DNA from: Stylophora pistillata
Lineage: Eukaryota
NCBI RefSeq assembly: GCF_002571385.2
Contig: NW_019217949.1
Coordinates: forward strand, 320,151 to 384,150
Direction: 5' to 3'
Length of the DNA: 64,000 nt
The stretch's first letter is position 1. Every line of letters starts with the position of its first letter. Made by a program: the position numbers and the translations under genes. Below the pieces are notes generated by a model that was not told the DNA's origin, ran no database searches, and saw nothing but the letters and a program-made list of their open reading frames with translations. Of the stretch, positions 61,019-64,000 are shown one piece after another.

Positions 61019-63446
61019 TTTTGCAACTAAATTTTTAGCGCTGGAAGGAGAGAGCCTCAGTAAGCGAGTTGATTATCAAGAAGGCTGGCGTTACTGCTCA
61101 AGGGCAGAACATAACTATGCTTTTGAATGTGACTTAAATCATCTCTTTTGATAACAATTCATTGACAGATGTCAAATTAATATTCCACTTTTTTGAAAGT
61201 ACCTCAATCAAGCGGTTATCCGCAAATTGTTATTCAATCAAAGTTGTCTTACTTTTATCTAAATTAAAAAAAATAAGTTTCGCGTTTTTGAGGTAAAAAA
61301 GATCACTGTTTACCTTCGCAAGAGTAGGAAGATTGTCTAACGGGAGATTTATGAACGCACAAAAATACTTTAAATAGGACGGAGACAAACATAAGAAAAA
61401 TATGGTCTTTTTTTTTTATTTTGCATGTCTCAATTTGTCGGCTAAGCAAACGATTTGAATTTAAAACTGAGCCATTCTCTCCCAAAACAAAAGGCAATCG
61501 ACACCTATTAATTCCACGTAAAATTATCCTCGATGAGCTGCTTTTAAGAAACAAGTTATTTTTACAACGTGTATCAAAAGCCAAATTGCGAAAACGCAGG
61601 TATGTTTTGGTAATGAATTAAACACTCGGTCAATTTCTCATTGTGCTTGATATCAATTTCGTGACCAGTTTAAAGTAGAAATTTCGGCGAAATAGTGATT
61701 TTCAATAAGATGAAACACAAACTTATAAATCACTTGTTTTTTCTTTGTTTGCGATGGGGATTCCTTTCTCGCGAACTGGTTTCTGTAACAACGAAAAAGG
61801 TTGCCTCTTCCACAATTTGTAGGATTTACTTTTCTTGGAGTTTGTTCGAGTAACTTTTCTTTATCATTGATTAAAATCCTCACAAAAAACTAAATGAAAG
61901 CGACTTTAGTTTTATTATGTATTTAATTGGTTGAAATGGCTACTTTAAGCACGAAAGGTGCCTGCAAGCACACGTGTTTTAATAATTAGATTCTTAGTAA
62001 GATACTTGTTGCGAACTAAGCATTAACATGGCAAAAGGCCGCAAAGTGGGTACTTTTAGAAACTGAATACTACATGACTAGTTTTTAATCAGAAACTATA
62101 AGTAACCATTTCTCAAAGAATTGAAAAGCTGTTAAAATTTCTTACATATGCATTTAAAACTTAGGCGGGTACGATTCGGTCGGCAACAATGTTTAAGATA
62201 TGGAACATTTTATGCTATCCATTTGTAAATGATATCTGGGTCGACAATAAAACGAGATGAATAAACTTTTAACTAGAATTATAATTAATTGTTCATATCA
62301 GTAACAATTTACCTAGCTTATGCTCAGCTAGTTCGCAGGATCAGGGAACTTTTTCAGTGATAAAGGTCTTTCAACTTTTTTTTTTTCTCTCATATGGACA
62401 CTGCCTTCAGTCTTATCAGAGAGACCTTACATTCTTCGCACTGTTTAATTCTGGATGATCGTGTGGATAGGATAATTATTTTTTTCTTTTATTTTTTATG
62501 AAATGGGATAAGATTTTTGCAGTTTTATGGTAGAATTAAGTAGAATCTCGCCTTCAACTGCGAAAGGCTTGAGGTTGTTGCTAAAGCTTTTTCAGTTTTT
62601 ATCGGTTAATCCTAGTTTTTCTATCGTTAAGGCAACTATCAGCTTCTTGATCACCTTTCAACTATTCGCCTATCCAATATCTTCTTGGCAAAAATCCTAA
62701 CTTATCGCAGAAGACACACTCTTGGAACATGAACTTTATGGGCGGACTGAATTTATAAGCTTCGTGAGATGAGCGAAAGTCTGGCGTTCTACGTTGCCAA
62801 GAAAAAATCATTTGGCTCGTAGCGATTTTAAGCAGCTGAGTTTTCTTCATCGTGCAAGTTTGCGCCGGAGACATTCAGGGTGGCCTTGTGTGTATTAGTT
62901 TCCCCCAACTCATGTATTTGAGAAGAAGTCTAGTCTTTCAGTAAATCTTGCAGTTCTTTATGTGATCGAGCAGTGCAGCAAAACTAAAAATGTTTTGTAC
63001 ATGCCTATGGATGCAAATTTGGTATACGCTTTGAAGAACATTTTAAATCAAGCTTCGTTGTAATATAAGTTTTAAGACATTACTATGAATGGTTATAATT
63101 GAGCCTTACATCATGCAGCCATAACGCTTGACAGCGCAACATTTATGAACACCTTGGAACTCTTCCAGCTAGAGGAAACTGTATGAAACATTGGTGAAAA
63201 AGAATCTCTTTTTACATTTTATGTACAGTTGTTGTTACCATTTGTTAGCAAGACAATATGACGCCTTCCATTACAGATGAAATAAAGCCCATTGGTTTCA
63301 ACATGGCGTCACTTAACTTTTGTTTCCAGTTAGGCTTTTCGCCCAGCTGCATGCAATCACATCTTCAGGATCGTGAGAAAAATTAAAATGTAAGAAACTG
63401 TGAGAACTGTTTTGTAATGTTGCGTCATCGTGTGTCAGTCTCTGCT

Positions 63447-64000
63447 ATCTACATCTACATCTACATCTACATTTAAATACGTCGGTAAAGTCGTTAGACA
63501 TCACACCAACGTTAAAAATACAAAAAGTATAAAATAACAACAATAGAAATAATATCTACCAGTTTAAAGTTTCTCGTTAAAATACTTGGAAATCTTAGTT
63601 TTAAAAGTCTCTAAAGAGATGCTTTCATCAATATCTATCCCAAGTTTGTTCCATCTCCTGAGGGTGCGTGGAAAGAAGGAATAAAAATATACATTCTTTG
63701 TCGCTTTTATATTCAAAAATTTGTAATCATGACTAGAACGAGTTCTGGCTCCGCAAATTTTAGAGGGGCACAAATAACTATTTTTGTCAATCTCGACGTT
63801 GCCATGGCATATTTTATAACGATTACATTTAATCAGGCTATTGTTCTCCATGTTTCAAGGCTGGACCATCCTAGGTCGCTTAACATCTCGGTTACAGTGG
63901 CTGTAGGTTGGTAGTTGTTTAAACAAAACCGTGCTGCTTTCCTTTGCACACGTTCGAGAGATGAAATGTCCTTTTTTAAATAGGGATCGCAGGCCTCACA
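63447..64000 (-). mobile_element. LINE (CR1/L2-group) 3' end, runs off the window
   Basis: DPYLKKDISSLERVQRKAARF...LGWSSLE...YKICHG...YSFFPRTLRRWNKL...SLETFK, frameshifted, with a (GTAGAT)n tail at 63447-63471. Confidence 0.88.

Overview
Eukaryotic, intron-rich, AT-rich DNA with assembly gaps at 13067-13213 and 34232-34497. The repeat families and gene content suggest an anthozoan, probably a scleractinian coral (inference). I could splice-reconstruct eight protein-coding genes by hand: (1) a 4-exon RERG/RASL11/RASL12-type Ras-like GTPase (-); (2) a 3-exon selenoprotein MSRB1/SelR (+) with an in-frame UGA and a clear 3'UTR SECIS; (3-6) a mirror-symmetric block GPCR1(+), secreted protein A(-), secreted protein B(+), GPCR2(-), i.e. 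two paralogous neuropeptide-type GPCRs each tail-to-tail with one of two paralogous ~170-aa secreted proteins of a family I cannot name; (7-8) two tandem Not/Noto-like homeobox genes (-). Repeats include an internally deleted DIRS1-like element that keeps its ITR and ICR ends, Penelope-type terminal fragments with minimal hammerhead ribozyme cores, an R4/Dong-like fragment in a (TAA)n tract, LINE 3' ends, tRNA-derived SINEs, MITEs, a 44-bp minisatellite, a (GACT)n tract and a 2.8-kb satellite of 27-bp palindromic units. The best candidate for an undescribed system is the duplicated GPCR + secreted-protein module.
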